DNA of 63,950 nt, filler included, from Craspedostauros australis (GCA_030167865.1; 16 parts of 16 records of this genome joined end to end with filler, not necessarily neighbours in it); one strand, 5' to 3'; positions 36,463 through 48,814 are shown, numbered from the whole stretch's first letter. Notes: generated from the letters alone by a model not told the origin. Program-made: numbers and translations.

Positions 36463-37101
36463 TGTCGAGATGTACATGTGAGTATATGTCGAGATGTACG
36501 TGTATATGTGCATCGTTCACCCATTATTCTCTCATACGCACTTGGACGGTATAACTACATTCGTGTAGATAGTATGCTGTGATTCGTCAGAATTACAGCG
36601 GAAACGGAACACACGAAAATGAGTAATATTTCTGGAGGAAATTTGCAATCGACGATTTCAGAGAGAATTAGAAGATCGTCCGTCCATCCATCAATGGTAC
36701 CAAGAGAATCTCGAGGTACTTCCCAACTAAACCTCAGATGACGATATCATCTGACAGACTACTGCATCACCAATGGAACGTGACATCTAGAGAGCAGAAG
36801 GACGCCTACTGACGTCAACAGGATGTCATCGTGTCACCACATCGACATCTGTCTCCAAGTCAGAGCAGGATGCGAAGATCCGATGACCGAAGGGCATCAG
36901 GATCATGGATGCGGGAGATGAACTTCAAATGGTAAGTACTCATGAAGTAGGAGCCAGTACTGAATGAACAGAGTGTCGAATGCAGAATACGCATCAAACA
37001 CGGAGTATCGCGTAGCACGAAGTACACGATACTAAGACCCGGGTGAGCGAGTGGACCTACCGTTGGTAAAGTAGAGTGGCACGTTTTCTTCGATTACAAC
37101 A
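36463..37101 (+). mobile_element. LTR-like sequence (TGT...ACA)
   Basis: Begins TGTCGAG exactly where the LINE ORF is cut and ends TTACAACA. Core 36718-36890 aligns with 49244-49420. No target-site duplication. Confidence 0.55.
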
Positions 37102-38709
37102 GAACTAAGCATACCAACCGACTCCTTATAGTCTCCATAGCAACAGGAAAATTACCCAGAATCTTAAAGTCCATAGTTTAAGTTTTATGGACCATCCAAT
37201 ATTTGGAATCGTTTGGGTCAAACGTAGCCTTCCACGATGTAGTTTTTCGAAGGTTCTTTGGTGTTCCGAGTTAATAACGATTGGTGTCCATTCACGTTGG
37301 TGTCTCCAGCTTTTTCCTTCCTCCTCGTTCGTTTGGAACACGATATGAGCCCGATCAGTGAGTCGACCAATCGTTTGAAATAGACCTCCAGAAAAAGTAT
37401 CTCGGATATCCCAACCGAGCACATATTTATAATCCTTGTAGGTCTAATACAAATAATTAACCATTACATTTTTGAATCAGATCCTATTTTAACTTTTATG
37501 GACCGATGGATATGCGTATTTTTCGATCTCTTTCGGGTTTCAGCCTTTGACATCCGACTACATCGATCCAATTTAACCCTTTGCTGTTCTTTGTTTCAGC
37601 AACTTTGTTCCGATTTTGAATTGTTTAGTCTCTTTTTCAGGTGTTCGGATGGGACCATCCAACAGTCCATCCACGATAGCACTAGTTGTGGAGTTTTGGG
37701 GAGAAGCGGTAGATTTGTGTTTACATACATTCAACCATGTGCTCGTCCAATCCGTCATCGACGTCACGAAACTGGATACTTCGTCATGAAACACCAATGA
37801 TATCGCGATGCGCAACATCATCAGGTCTGCTTCGTCGTGGCGAAGTGGTTGAGCGGGGTTGGTACTCCGCGAGTGTTTTGTGTCGTGGTCTTTTTGGACA
37901 GTCGGTACAATTGGAGGTAAATCTCCCCATCCCCCAACATGCAAGGCCGGTTGAGAGTGGCAAACTTGACACACCAACATGAAAATGGAGCCACACCCAA
38001 AAAACATCCACAATGGCCGTCCAACGGTATGCTTGGCGCCGCAACAACCAGCCGGCCAATTCAAGATCCAAGCACATCGCCGTAACCTCCACGCAACGTT
38101 TGGTGGGTGGACGAACGGAGGCGGGAGGAGCGGTTCATTTGGGGCGGCGGCAGGCCCCCGCGCAAACGTCCCAATTTGGCGCCGGATCGGCTTGTTGGAT
38201 GTGGGATGTGTGCTCCATACACATCACACACCAACGCCCATGGATGCGCAAGACGCATCCGAAAGGCCATCACCAAGGATACCACGAAGTTTGAGGCTCG
38301 GGGACGACCGAGAAGGTGTCCGCGCGGAGGAAACAGTGGAGGGCAAGAGTTTTGGCGGTGTATCGCGGGGGTTCCCATGGTNNNNNNNNNNNNNNNNNNN
38401 NNNNNNNNNNNNNNNNNNNNNNNNNNNNNNNNNNNNNNNNNNNNNNNNNNNNNCACCAACGGAAGATGCACGTCGCGAAGTTCGCGCCGCAGATATTGTC
38501 TGGAAGAGGCTGTGGCCTCGAATGAGTACAGACAGGTCATGTTTTGGTGGGGTGCCACGAAAAGAGATGGCATCACCAAATGGAGGTGTACCATCAAGAC
38601 CATCGATGCNNNNNNNNNNNNNNNNNNNNNNNNNNNNNNNNNNNNNNNNNNNNTTAATTAATTAANNNNNNNNNNNNNNNNNNNNNNNNNNNNNNNNNNN
38701 NNNNNNNNN

Positions 38710-40111
38710 CCTCGCGGGGGTACGTCTGTTGCGACATGACACCACTGCGGACTTCCATGATGAAGCCGATGCTGGGGTATAGGAACAACCCAAGAATGAC
38801 AGCATCGATGACGTAACCGCTTGTCGCATTGAAGGTGGTTCCAGTTTCGTCTTCGACTTCGGATAACGCTTGCTCGGTGACGATGATACCAACGATGTAG
38901 TTGATAGTCCAGTACGCAGCGGAGATACCAACCTGTTGAACGCACGAACGAGCCACGTCGTGTGTGGAAGAGAGCAGAGTGGAGCGGTGTGGTTTGGTAT
39001 GTCACCAACCAGACGGTATCGCCATCCGGGTTGTGCGTAGTTGCATGGGAGGAAGAATGAAGAAAACGATTGTGGAGAGTTTTTGTGGATTGTGAGCGCG
39101 CTGATGTTGGATCTGAATGTTTGAGTGACCGCGCCGACAAGCATGACATCAAGGAAGCCAGACAATGGGCAGTACTGACGGCAAGATCATCCGGGCCTGG
39201 TCCAAACCGAAAGAACAAACGCCAAGACTGGGCACCCGGCGCAAACCGCAGCAAGTGCACACATTTACTTACCGCAATGGCGTTGTATTGCAGGGCTCCG
39301 AACATTGACACACCAGCCATGATGATACCGATGACGCCCATGGCGAGATAGGCCGTCTTGACTTCCTTGTTGAAAACTATGACCTCTTCGTTGTCCATCT
39401 CTTCCTGCCCTGGAGCAGCCTCATCATCAGGTGCGAGGGCAAGGTACACATCGATAACCTCCAATACAAGGGAAAGGATGCTGACGACGATGACGGCTCT
39501 GCGGAAATCGCAGCAGCATCCGCAGCACTGTCATTGGAGAAGTATCGCAGTGCGGCATACAAGTGGCATGGTCAGGTACGTGTGGTATAGTAGGATTCCA
39601 GCATCGTGTTGCATTGTATTATATAATATATCGCAGAGTAGAGCGTATGTGTTGGACACCAAGCGCAGCAGTTGATGTCAATGTCAACAACGAGGCATCA
39701 CCAAGAATTGAATACAGGTAGGACGGGATTGAGCATCAGACGTGAGACACTCGGGATGATCGCAGCGATGATACAATCACAGATCTGCCATCATCGCATG
39801 ACGACACGAAATGCTTCGACGCGCTCCAGGACGCCACGCAAGACGTATACAGCCTGTCAACTCTGCACCTTCCGATTCATCGCACGTACGTTGGTGCCGA
39901 TCTTTTGCTGCTCATGCATGGGGACATCTGAGGGTGGTGGTGCCATGTTTCCAGCGCCCTTGTATTCATCTGTCACTGCCACCGGCGGAGCGAGATAGGT
40001 GGTGTCAGCCACTGCGGCGGCGACCGGTTGCGGTGCCGCAACAGCGACTGGCGGCGGTGCCCCAACAACGACTGGCTGCGGGCCTCCGTAAGGTTGCATT
40101 TCGACATCCAT
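38710..40111 (-). CDS. Four-TM membrane protein, allele of 33330-34731
   Basis: Same exons at offset 5380; exon 1 carries substitutions. Confidence 0.85.
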
Positions 40112-40320
40112 GGTTGATTGGGTGGTATTGGTATTATACAATAGCTGCGAGGGGTGAAAAGAATGGACGGAGAGAGAGAGCGCGCCTTCTGCGTTTGCTT
40201 GTTCGTTTGGATTTGTGTCCTTGATACCTACGTTCTGTGATTGCGGCGCATTGCTTCATCATCTTCACGCCCATGATCGCAGTGATGGGTCTGTGTCAGT
40301 GTCAGTTCGTGGACTGGCAT

Positions 40321-40888
40321 GCGCTTTTCACGGGGTTCGTGGATGTCTCGTGTAGCTCGTATGAGCTGCGAGTAGATCGCACATGCGATTACAGTTCCGC
40401 GACAAACACAGTAGTTTGGACACCGCAAGACCTCGCCCACGCCAATCCCAGTACTGGTGACACAGAGATACAAACACGATTTCATCAATTAGCAGTTCAA
40501 TGGGTCATTGCTTACTTATGGTTCGCGCTCCAACGCGTCTGGGTTTGGACATTTGGGAACTTCCTAAGAAATCCTCGAACAAAATAGACCGCGTCGCCTG
40601 GTCATGTTGATGTGATCTGTGTCGCACTTTTCACAGGGTTCATGGATGTCTCGTGTAGCTCGTACGAGCTGCGAGTAGATCGCACATGCGATTACAGTTC
40701 CGCTACAAACACAGTAGTTTGGACAGCATTGTTCCAGACCTCGCCTACGTGCATTCCAGTACTGGTGACACAGAGATACAAACACGATCTCATTCATTCG
40801 CGGTCCAATGGGTCAAAGCTAACTGATGGATTGTGCTCTCGCGCGTCTGGGTTTCTCACGCGTCTGGGTTTGAACATTCGGGAACTTC
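40321..40888 (+). repeat. About 300-bp tandem duplication upstream of the membrane-protein gene
   Basis: 40321-40563 and 40624-40888 are diverged copies; a single copy is present at about 34940-35192 in the other allele. Confidence 0.85.
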
Positions 40889-41377
40889 TGTTGCGCATGT
40901 TTGTACGTTGCAATCGTGAGGCGAAGCGGTTTGGCAGTGTTGGTTTTGAAACGAAGCTTCCGATGACTTCACTCTTGTTCCTCGGATCTTCGCTCTGAAT
41001 CGTGTTTGGTGAAGCCGAAGAATCATTGGTCATGTGCGTCCATCCGGATGAGTGTGATCGAAGCAGTCATGCAGAGATTGAAGCCATTTATCATACAATT
41101 TTAATTCACCGCAGACCCCAATATCCGAAAACAAACAAAATCCAAACGCAGCGAAGCCGCACGTCACGGAGCGCGAAGATGATCGTGCGGAGGGAGAGAG
41201 ATCTCAAAGGAGAGGAGATGGTACGGCTACTATTCTATACAACAAGACCAGACCAGACGATAAGGCAAGGCCAGCTGACACCATCATCTCCACATACGCA
41301 CACACACACGCACATCGTATTATCCTTTACTACTATTATTGTTGCATTGTCCATTACTTCTGTGTCGAAAGCAAAGA

Positions 41378-43690
41378 ATGCCGCCTGCCATGGATACTTC
41401 GCCGGCTATTGCACCAACGCAACCCAACCCCAACGATGATCAGCAGCAGGATCAGCAGCAGCAGCCGAATGCTGGTGCAATCGCAGCGAAGCACGGGACC
41501 CAGGATGGAGTCAGCGAAGCGATGTCACCGTCGCACATTTTGGAGAATGGGATGTTCGTCTACTTGCCACCACCTACGGATGGAGAGCGCTCCAGGTTCT
41601 TCGAACGATCGATCGGTCGTCACGCGCTGTTGGAATCGGATATGGCCGGTGCGAGTGGAAAGAGCGGTGCTGATGCGGAAGGCAAGGATGATGGGGATGC
41701 TGCTTCGGATGGCAATGCTGATGCTGCTGCAGTTGCTTCTCAAACAGCAGGGTACACCAGCACGCAGAACAAGGAGGAGGCTGGGAACGAGGAGGAATCG
41801 GAGAATCAGAAGAAGAAAAGCAAGACGCCCAAGGTCCATCCCTTGGCCATCGCATCTGCCAAGCTGCAAACCAGCGGCCTTTCGGAACTCAACCGCGCGA
41901 TCAATCTGGCAGGTCTTGTCAGCACGGGAGAATATCTGGGACTGTCCACCATCGTGGATCCTTCCTTGGAGGTCGAGGACGGCACGGCAACGAATCCAAC
42001 CAGCAAAGGGCACAAGACCAACGCTGGCGATGTCCTGGAGGAGGCCAAGACCAGATCCACATTCGTGCTCAAGCGCAAACGCTCGCAGTTCGAGCGGGCA
42101 TCGACGGTGCTGGAACGGCACCGCAAACGCCTGGAGGCATCCATCGCTGCGCAGGCCGTCATGGACAGACGGATGTTTCAACTGCGTCAGCAATGGCGGC
42201 TCGTGGCACCGGAACACGGCACGCGAGCGCGCTTGCATCCGGCGCGACCGACGGAGGTCGTGGCGATCGATGTCGATATCTACGACAATGATCGCGTTGG
42301 CGGGGGCAATCAGGCGCTGCAGAAGCAGAGCAACGCGTCCGTGGCGAGCAGGCTGGCCAGCAGGGTGCCGCGGTATGCCACAATCGAACTCAAGGATGAC
42401 TTCACCACGGATGACTTGGAGATTCAACCGAGGTTCAAGTTCATGCCGGACATGGAGAAGGCAGAACAACCATCTGAGGACAAGATGGACGTTGACGAGG
42501 ACAACGATGCGAAGGGTAACTCGGGCAAAGCAAAAGAAGCAACGATGTCAAGTCCATCAGATGCACAGAAGGAGACAACATCACAATCGCCGGCAGCTTT
42601 CAAGAACTGCACAAAGGCCGAGCCGTTCGTGATTGCTGACCCCACCCTCGGCCGCATCCAGGAGAACGTGGATCCCAACAAGGTCCCAATGCTCACGCTC
42701 GAACTCAGCATTCAGAAATCATCCACCAATTTCAAACAATCCGCCTGCCTATCTCCGATGACCACCGTTTCGGTGGCCAAGGGCGATGCCAAGGCCTACG
42801 CGGGCGATGAGCAGCTGCTCGTGTCGTTGCAGCACTCGTTATTCTGCGCTCACCTCTTCGAATCCATGCGGCACGAGCTCGACGAGGAGGAGATGCTGCA
42901 GAGCGAGAAGCAGCAGCGCAAGAAGTCGCACAAGATTCGGTGGCTCTCGTGCGAATCGGAGGAGAATTTCCTGCCATCGCCAAGCGTCCTGGCCGGGGGT
43001 GATCCCAGCTTGGGTTTGGCACCTCTTGCCGTCATCCACTGCCACGATGGTGAAGTCAAGGTCCAGCTCGACATCGAGTACACGCTGTGCGTGCGCCTCG
43101 TGGAGACGTCGTCCCATAACAGCGCATCGACGTCACCGAACGTGGACGACGCAACCAGCGGCAGCCAAAGCCCGGCCAGGCTTCTTGCATTGTGCCGTGC
43201 GCTCCTCCTGCACGCGCAGGATGTCTACCACACCCATTCTTTGCAAGTCCGGGCGAAGCAAAGGAAGGAGCAGCAGGAGAAGGCGAAGGCTGCACTGCGA
43301 CAGCCATCCGGATTGGCGATGCGAGAGAAGCAGCACAAGAAGGAATCGCCAAAGATCCTGCAGAGCTGCGTCGGCTTCGGCGCCAAGATATTATTCGAGT
43401 ACCGAATCCGGAAGGTCCTCAACCGGGCGTCCAAGCGCGCAAATCACAAGGACAGCAGCGGCGGCCAGCAGCAATCCGCACCGGCATTCGCAGTGTCGTG
43501 GTCACCATTCTCCATCTTCGGTCAACAATCGCATTTCACCATGACATGCGGCACGCGAGTTTGGGATGGTTTCATCCTGCGAGACTCCGTCACGCTGTCG
43601 TCGCTTTCGGCGGGTGTGCATCGCAAAGTCCGCTTCCATTCCGACGAAGAATTCGAGCTCTATCTCAAACTGCAAATGAGGAAGTTGTGA
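41378..43690 (+). CDS. MED17: Mediator of RNA polymerase II transcription subunit 17-like
   Basis: KRKRSQFERASTVLERHRKRL...RMFQLRQQWRL and LVSLQHSLFCAHLFESMRHE resemble conserved Med17 blocks (recalled pattern, not searched). Long intronless ORF. Confidence 0.65.
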   Translation: MPPAMDTSPAIAPTQPNPNDDQQQDQQQQPNAGAIAAKHGTQDGVSEAMSPSHILENGMFVYLPPPTDGERSRFFERSIGRHALLESDMAGASGKSGADAEGKDDGDAASDGNADAAAVASQTAGYTSTQNKEEAGNEEESENQKKKSKTPKVHPLAIASAKLQTSGLSELNRAINLAGLVSTGEYLGLSTIVDPSLEVEDGTATNPTSKGHKTNAGDVLEEAKTRSTFVLKRKRSQFERASTVLERHRKRLEASIAAQAVMDRRMFQLRQQWRLVAPEHGTRARLHPARPTEVVAIDVDIYDNDRVGGGNQALQKQSNASVASRLASRVPRYATIELKDDFTTDDLEIQPRFKFMPDMEKAEQPSEDKMDVDEDNDAKGNSGKAKEATMSSPSDAQKETTSQSPAAFKNCTKAEPFVIADPTLGRIQENVDPNKVPMLTLELSIQKSSTNFKQSACLSPMTTVSVAKGDAKAYAGDEQLLVSLQHSLFCAHLFESMRHELDEEEMLQSEKQQRKKSHKIRWLSCESEENFLPSPSVLAGGDPSLGLAPLAVIHCHDGEVKVQLDIEYTLCVRLVETSSHNSASTSPNVDDATSGSQSPARLLALCRALLLHAQDVYHTHSLQVRAKQRKEQQEKAKAALRQPSGLAMREKQHKKESPKILQSCVGFGAKILFEYRIRKVLNRASKRANHKDSSGGQQQSAPAFAVSWSPFSIFGQQSHFTMTCGTRVWDGFILRDSVTLSSLSAGVHRKVRFHSDEEFELYLKLQMRKL

Positions 43691-44413
43691 AGCACGCGTT
43701 GAGCAGAGTACCATAGGTAAACACTTGGATGGTACTCCACAATGAATGTGTGTTGGGAAACACGAAGGGTTATGGCTGGAACATGATGATACTGGCGATA
43801 CTCGTGTAATAGGTGGAGACACGCATTGCATTCCACAGATGCAGTGATACAAAAATAGAATGGCTTCGAGGGCGACCGTTGCCCATCACAACAGTATCGC
43901 CTTACGATTACTATGAATGACATTCTTGTCTCCGTTTTAAATCACCAACATGCTCTCTATTCAAACAATAATCCTCGTACTCTATATGTACTAATACGAG
44001 TGATAGATTGGAGCCGAGTGCTTCCATCTGCTTCTCTTGCACCTGACCAAGTCTATGCTGGAAGCGTTAGACATGTGTGTTGCTCATGGGCTGTTCTCGG
44101 TTCTTGTTCGTTCTTGTGAGTGGATGGTTCGTGAATTGCTGCGATTGTGAGTCATGCATGTGCTTTGCGCCAACTCATCCTTCGTCTCCTCTCGTCAAAG
44201 GTGGAGACGAGAGCAATGCGAACAACCCAAACGTGCCGACCAACTCACGCCAAGGACAGGAGGCCACACTCAATCGGATTGGATTGCGCTCAGCATTTGC
44301 ACTGCATCGAACCTGATACTCCATCATAATCTGTTCTGCTGTTGTGAAAATCGCCATCGCAATCAGCACAAAGGGATACGAAGCATCAATTGAAGAAACG
44401 GGCCAACTCAAGC

Positions 44414-46408
44414 ATGACATCAAGTGCAGCATCACTATCGAGGATCCTGTCAGGTGCCAGGCTGGTCGCGTCAGCGGCTGGAAGGCAGGCTGGTGCAGAG
44501 ACATCGGTGATCTTCGAACGGGCCACGAAGCATGGCATGGACGTGTCATCCAAGATCGATGCCAACGCACAGGACCTGGTCTTCAACCTGGCGCAGGAGA
44601 TCAACAAGGTCAACATGGAGACGTCCTTCACGCGCACAGGTCCCAACCCGTACGAGTCGCAGCTGCATCCAGTCGAATCGACCATCGATGCGAATGGAAC
44701 GAGCGCGAGTGTTCATGCAACTCCATTCGAAAAAGATGCAGCTGCCTCATCCAACATTCCACAGACTACAAACACCATCCCCGAAGACCAAACCAACTTG
44801 TATCTCATCCATGCCCAGCAGGCGAGTGCAACCACAAGCGAGGCGATGAATTCATCGTTGGGATCAAGCAGCACCGATACCATTGATGCCGCTGCTCTGG
44901 GATCAAAATCAAAGTCAAGACAAGATGGCACGAGTGGATCTACAGCCGCTGCGAGCCGCGACATCCAGAGCAACCTCCGGAATGAAAGCACGTCGAATGA
45001 AGGTGATGCAACTTTGCTCCCGCCAAAACTGAAGGAAGGAGAGGCGATCCCATCATCTCGGATATCGCGAGCCTTTGGCTTCGCATCGCTGGGTTTCGGT
45101 TTGGCAATGGGCAGTGCATCCGAAGTCGCATCAAGAGTCTTCACCGGAAGTTCATCGTCATCGGGATCCTCTGGCTCCATCGTGGCGAATGATGCCAACT
45201 CGGATCGCCTTGCGGCAACGCTCTGTCGCATGAGAGGCGCCGCGCTCAAACTGGGCCAGATGCTCTCCATTCAAGATGAATCGCTGCTCCCACCCGCCCT
45301 GACGAAGGCGTTGAAGCAGGTGCGACAGGGGGCAGATTCGATACCCAAGAGCCAGCTATTCCAGCAGCTCGAATCGACGCTGGGACCAGATTGGCGCGAC
45401 ATGTTCGAATCCTTCGAGGAAATCCCGATCGCGGCAGCATCGATCGGTCAGGTGCATCGTGCGACGATCCATGATGACGACGGCAACCTGCGCAACGTGG
45501 TCGTGAAGGTGCAGTATCCGGGCGTGGCGCAATCCATCGAATCGGATCTGCGCAACCTCACCATGCTCGTTTCGTTGAGCGGCATGGTACCGAAAGGTTT
45601 GTTTATTGAGAATGTAATCCGCGTTGGCAGGGACGAACTCAAGGTGGAGTGCAACTACCTCAACGAGATGGCCAATCAGAACAAGATGAGGGAGCTGGTG
45701 CGGAACGACCCGGTGCTGCAACGGGAAAACTTTCGTGTCCCCGAGGTCTTTGCTAGCCACACCCTCGACGAGGTGCTGACGACTGAATTTGTTGCCGGCG
45801 GCACCATCGACAGAGTGACGCAGATGGATCAGGACGAACGCAACCGCATCGGCCGCACCATCCTGTACCTCACGATGAAGGAGCTCTTCGAATGGAGGTT
45901 GATGCAGACGGACCCCAACTGGGGCAACTTCCTGTACGATCCCGCAACCAGACAGACGTCGTTGATTGACTTCGGTGCAACGCGGTCATACGGCAAGGAT
46001 TTCGTGGATGGGTACCTCCGCATCGTTTGGGCCAATGCTAACCGCGATGAGGATACGTTGATGGATATGTCGCAGAGGCTGGGATTCCTCACGGGTGACG
46101 AAAATGAAGAAATGATGGAGGCGCACAAGCAGTCTGGATTCACGGTGGGCGAACCGTTCTGGTCCGATGAACCCTTCGACTTTCGCGGTTCCAAGATCAG
46201 CAGCCGCATGCGAGGCAACATGTCCACATTCCTGAAACACAGGCTGACGCCGCCGCCGGAAGAGGTGTACACGCTGCATCGCAAACTGGCGGGAGCGTAC
46301 ATGCTGTGCATCAAGCTAGGCGCGATCGTGAGAAGCCGTGACTTGTTGGAGGACATTGTTGCCAACCACAACTTCGAAGATGGGTTGCCTCATCCAATGC
46401 AGCAGTAA
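44414..46408 (+). CDS. COQ8: ABC1/UbiB-family atypical kinase COQ8 (ubiquinone biosynthesis)
   Basis: MRGAALKLGQMLSIQD (KxGQ), AAASIGQVH, VKVQYPGVA, MQTDPNWGNF, LIDFGA and HRLTPPPEEVYTLHRKL. Start uncertain. Confidence 0.95.
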   Translation: MTSSAASLSRILSGARLVASAAGRQAGAETSVIFERATKHGMDVSSKIDANAQDLVFNLAQEINKVNMETSFTRTGPNPYESQLHPVESTIDANGTSASVHATPFEKDAAASSNIPQTTNTIPEDQTNLYLIHAQQASATTSEAMNSSLGSSSTDTIDAAALGSKSKSRQDGTSGSTAAASRDIQSNLRNESTSNEGDATLLPPKLKEGEAIPSSRISRAFGFASLGFGLAMGSASEVASRVFTGSSSSSGSSGSIVANDANSDRLAATLCRMRGAALKLGQMLSIQDESLLPPALTKALKQVRQGADSIPKSQLFQQLESTLGPDWRDMFESFEEIPIAAASIGQVHRATIHDDDGNLRNVVVKVQYPGVAQSIESDLRNLTMLVSLSGMVPKGLFIENVIRVGRDELKVECNYLNEMANQNKMRELVRNDPVLQRENFRVPEVFASHTLDEVLTTEFVAGGTIDRVTQMDQDERNRIGRTILYLTMKELFEWRLMQTDPNWGNFLYDPATRQTSLIDFGATRSYGKDFVDGYLRIVWANANRDEDTLMDMSQRLGFLTGDENEEMMEAHKQSGFTVGEPFWSDEPFDFRGSKISSRMRGNMSTFLKHRLTPPPEEVYTLHRKLAGAYMLCIKLGAIVRSRDLLEDIVANHNFEDGLPHPMQQ

Positions 46409-47193
46409 GAGTCTGACAGAAGTATTAGTCGAGAAAACTGATCGCTGGGTAGGCAAGTGCGCACGTACGCACCATGGTCGTATGGTACGTGTGAGTGGGC
46501 CGATGATTCATCGTGGAGGTGTGCATCAAACAAGAAACGACCGTGAAACAAAGCTAGGCTGACATTTCGACACTTTTCCCAAGGCATGTGCTGTTGTCCT
46601 ATCAATCATACTCGTATCGTGATATGGAATGTCTGATAGCACGCATCAGTCCACTACGATACGATGCTGCAGCTCTAACCCTTGCATATCAGACTTTGAT
46701 GCTGCCTTTGGAGAGAGCACCGCTCTACCTTCCTCGTGGAGTAGTACGTGCCATACGATTCGATTGCTTCGCGTTTGCAAACCACGATCGTGTTTTGGCA
46801 TGTTTTTGCACAACAGGGACACCCGGCAAAAAGGGTCGAATTAGTCGATATTGGAGATGACTGGCCCAGCCAATTAAAACTTGTTGTAATGGCGATGACA
46901 AATATTCCCGCGAAAAGAATGCTCTCGACTCATATTGTTGTTCTCAGGAACTCTTCGTGAGTCATAGCTTCGAGTTTCACTGTTGGGAGAATCATGGAGA
47001 AACTCCGACAATGACCCTGAAGCACAGCCTCGTGATTTAATCCCGAGAAGTCGTGCAACAACCAAACCCATGATTTTAATAGCCGTCGTTCGANNNNNNN
47101 NNNNNNNNNNNNNNNNNNNNNNNNNNNNNNNNNNNNNTTAATTAATTAANNNNNNNNNNNNNNNNNNNNNNNNNNNNNNNNNNNNNNNNNNNN

Positions 47194-48380
47194 ACTCACA
47201 GGGATGAACAGCGACTGCAGAATCTGCAGCAGACTTCGCGGTGAGATTGATCATGATCGACGATGAGCAATAGACGATACAACGGGCGCGGTCCTCCTTG
47301 ATAGTGATGCCCAACAATAACAACAACAACACCATTTGCAGCAGCAACAACGGAATGGAGGGATGGAAGGAGGCATTCGGATCAGTGGATTCCCATCATG
47401 TCTCATTCACACCCGTCAGCTAGTTGATGAGAATGAACCGTGGAACGTCGCATCCTCCATGGAGCGGATTGCTATTGCGTGCTTCGTCATCGAGAGAGCT
47501 TCCTCAACTACTGTTTCAGTCACGACTTGCATTCGGGTACTCCACATCGAACAGCATGCAACGGTCATGTGCGAATTGATCGCGGCGGTACTCATCGTCA
47601 AGATCAGATCCGTCCTTGGAGGGAAGGTGGCCTGCTCATCATGGAGTCGAATAGAGTAGAGTAGATGGATGTGGTAGCTGAGTCGGCGACGCGTGACTTC
47701 TTGTGCTCTACACGATGTCGCTGATGCTGCTCCGTTCGTTGTGGAGGCAGTGGCGACAATCAGGGCTGCCATGGAATATCTTCATAGAATGCCTTCATGG
47801 AATTCATCCACGCACCCATGATATCGCTACCGACGTTGCTCCTGCTGCTGTTGATGCTGATGTTGATGCTGCTGATGCTGCTGATGGGGTTACTGTGACA
47901 GCGGCGAATGATGAGAACATCAAGTCACACGGAATGCCGACATCAACTACGTCCACTGTTGCCCATCCATCCATCAGCGGCGCAGAACTTCCTGGCGATC
48001 GCGCAGATCAGCTGCAGTATGCTCCATGCGTTTCGCATTGTTGTTCCACACGTTGTTACGCGATGCGTTCAACCTTGCTGCGGGTATCCTCTATCCTCTG
48101 TCCTCTATTCTCGTGGACAAGAAGCGCCCGTCGTGACTGCTTTCTCTCCGTCATCTTCCACCCACCCTGCACGAGTACGACTGTGCCTTCCGAGATCTCG
48201 CTACCAACCAGGCATGGCGTGTTGATCAATGCCATCGTTGGTGTTGCCGCGAATGTCCCATCATTCGGATGGTGGTTGATGATCGATGATGACTGATGGT
48301 TGATGGGTGGGTGTGTTCCTGTCCGTCCTCTCTTGTTCGCACCCAGCGTATCTTCATTTGTGTCGGTTTGTGATCTTGTT
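47194..48380 (+). repeat. Duplicated segment (allele of 51042-52241)
   Basis: Appears identical to about 47650, then SNPs and a (GCTGAT)n length difference; homology ends abruptly at 48380/52241. Confidence 0.93.
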
Positions 48381-48814
48381 TGGATCTGTCTGTTTTTGTC
48401 AGACCAGAAGTAGCGGTAATTAATATCACTTTGTCATTTATTGGTAAGAATGCGCTCCATACACGATCATTTCCATTCTTACATGATGTCACGATGAAGC
48501 ATATACTATATATGGACACATTTACCGAATACCCCGATGTCACTGATTGTGTTGGAAAGTAACGTGATTCGAACCTGTCTTGCTTTTCCAAACGACAGAA
48601 CGGGATTGAGGCAGACTGCTTCGATTTCCAACAAACAGACAATTCAACAGCAATTCGCAAACAGCCAGACACAAAACAAGACTTCAACAACACACAACAG
48701 AACAGGACATCAATCGTGATCAAGAGAGTTGGAATTCGTGTTCTGTTGGTGACACGATTCGGTGAGAAAGTCCTTGTGAACTGTCGGTTTCGGGATAGCC
48801 GTCCAATGCAGTTC

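Larger units (their letters stand above)
35205..37510. repeat. AT-rich degenerate repeat element with terminal hairpin, interrupted by a LINE fragment and an LTR-like sequence
   Basis: 35230-35375 aligns with 37360-37505 (GAGTCGACCAA...GCACATATT...AACCATTACATTT...GATCCTATTTTAA). Partial units at about 35500-35540 and 37102-37200. Absent from the allelic contig. Confidence 0.6.

Noticed and set aside
38107..38609. Possible FLYWCH/MULE zinc finger (GITKWRCTIK) or a gene starting at 38240
   Set aside because: Short, split by an N gap and truncated; frame and motif cannot be established.
29674..46371. Long antisense or alternate-frame ORFs (e.g. 29674-30774, 31722-32690, 41409-42632, 41525-42469)
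   Set aside because: Shadow ORFs of GC3-biased real genes, with no motifs of their own.
47336..48296. ORFs of 100-200 aa in the duplicated 47194/51042 segment
   Set aside because: Low complexity, alternative start codons, no motifs, and frames only partly conserved between the copies.
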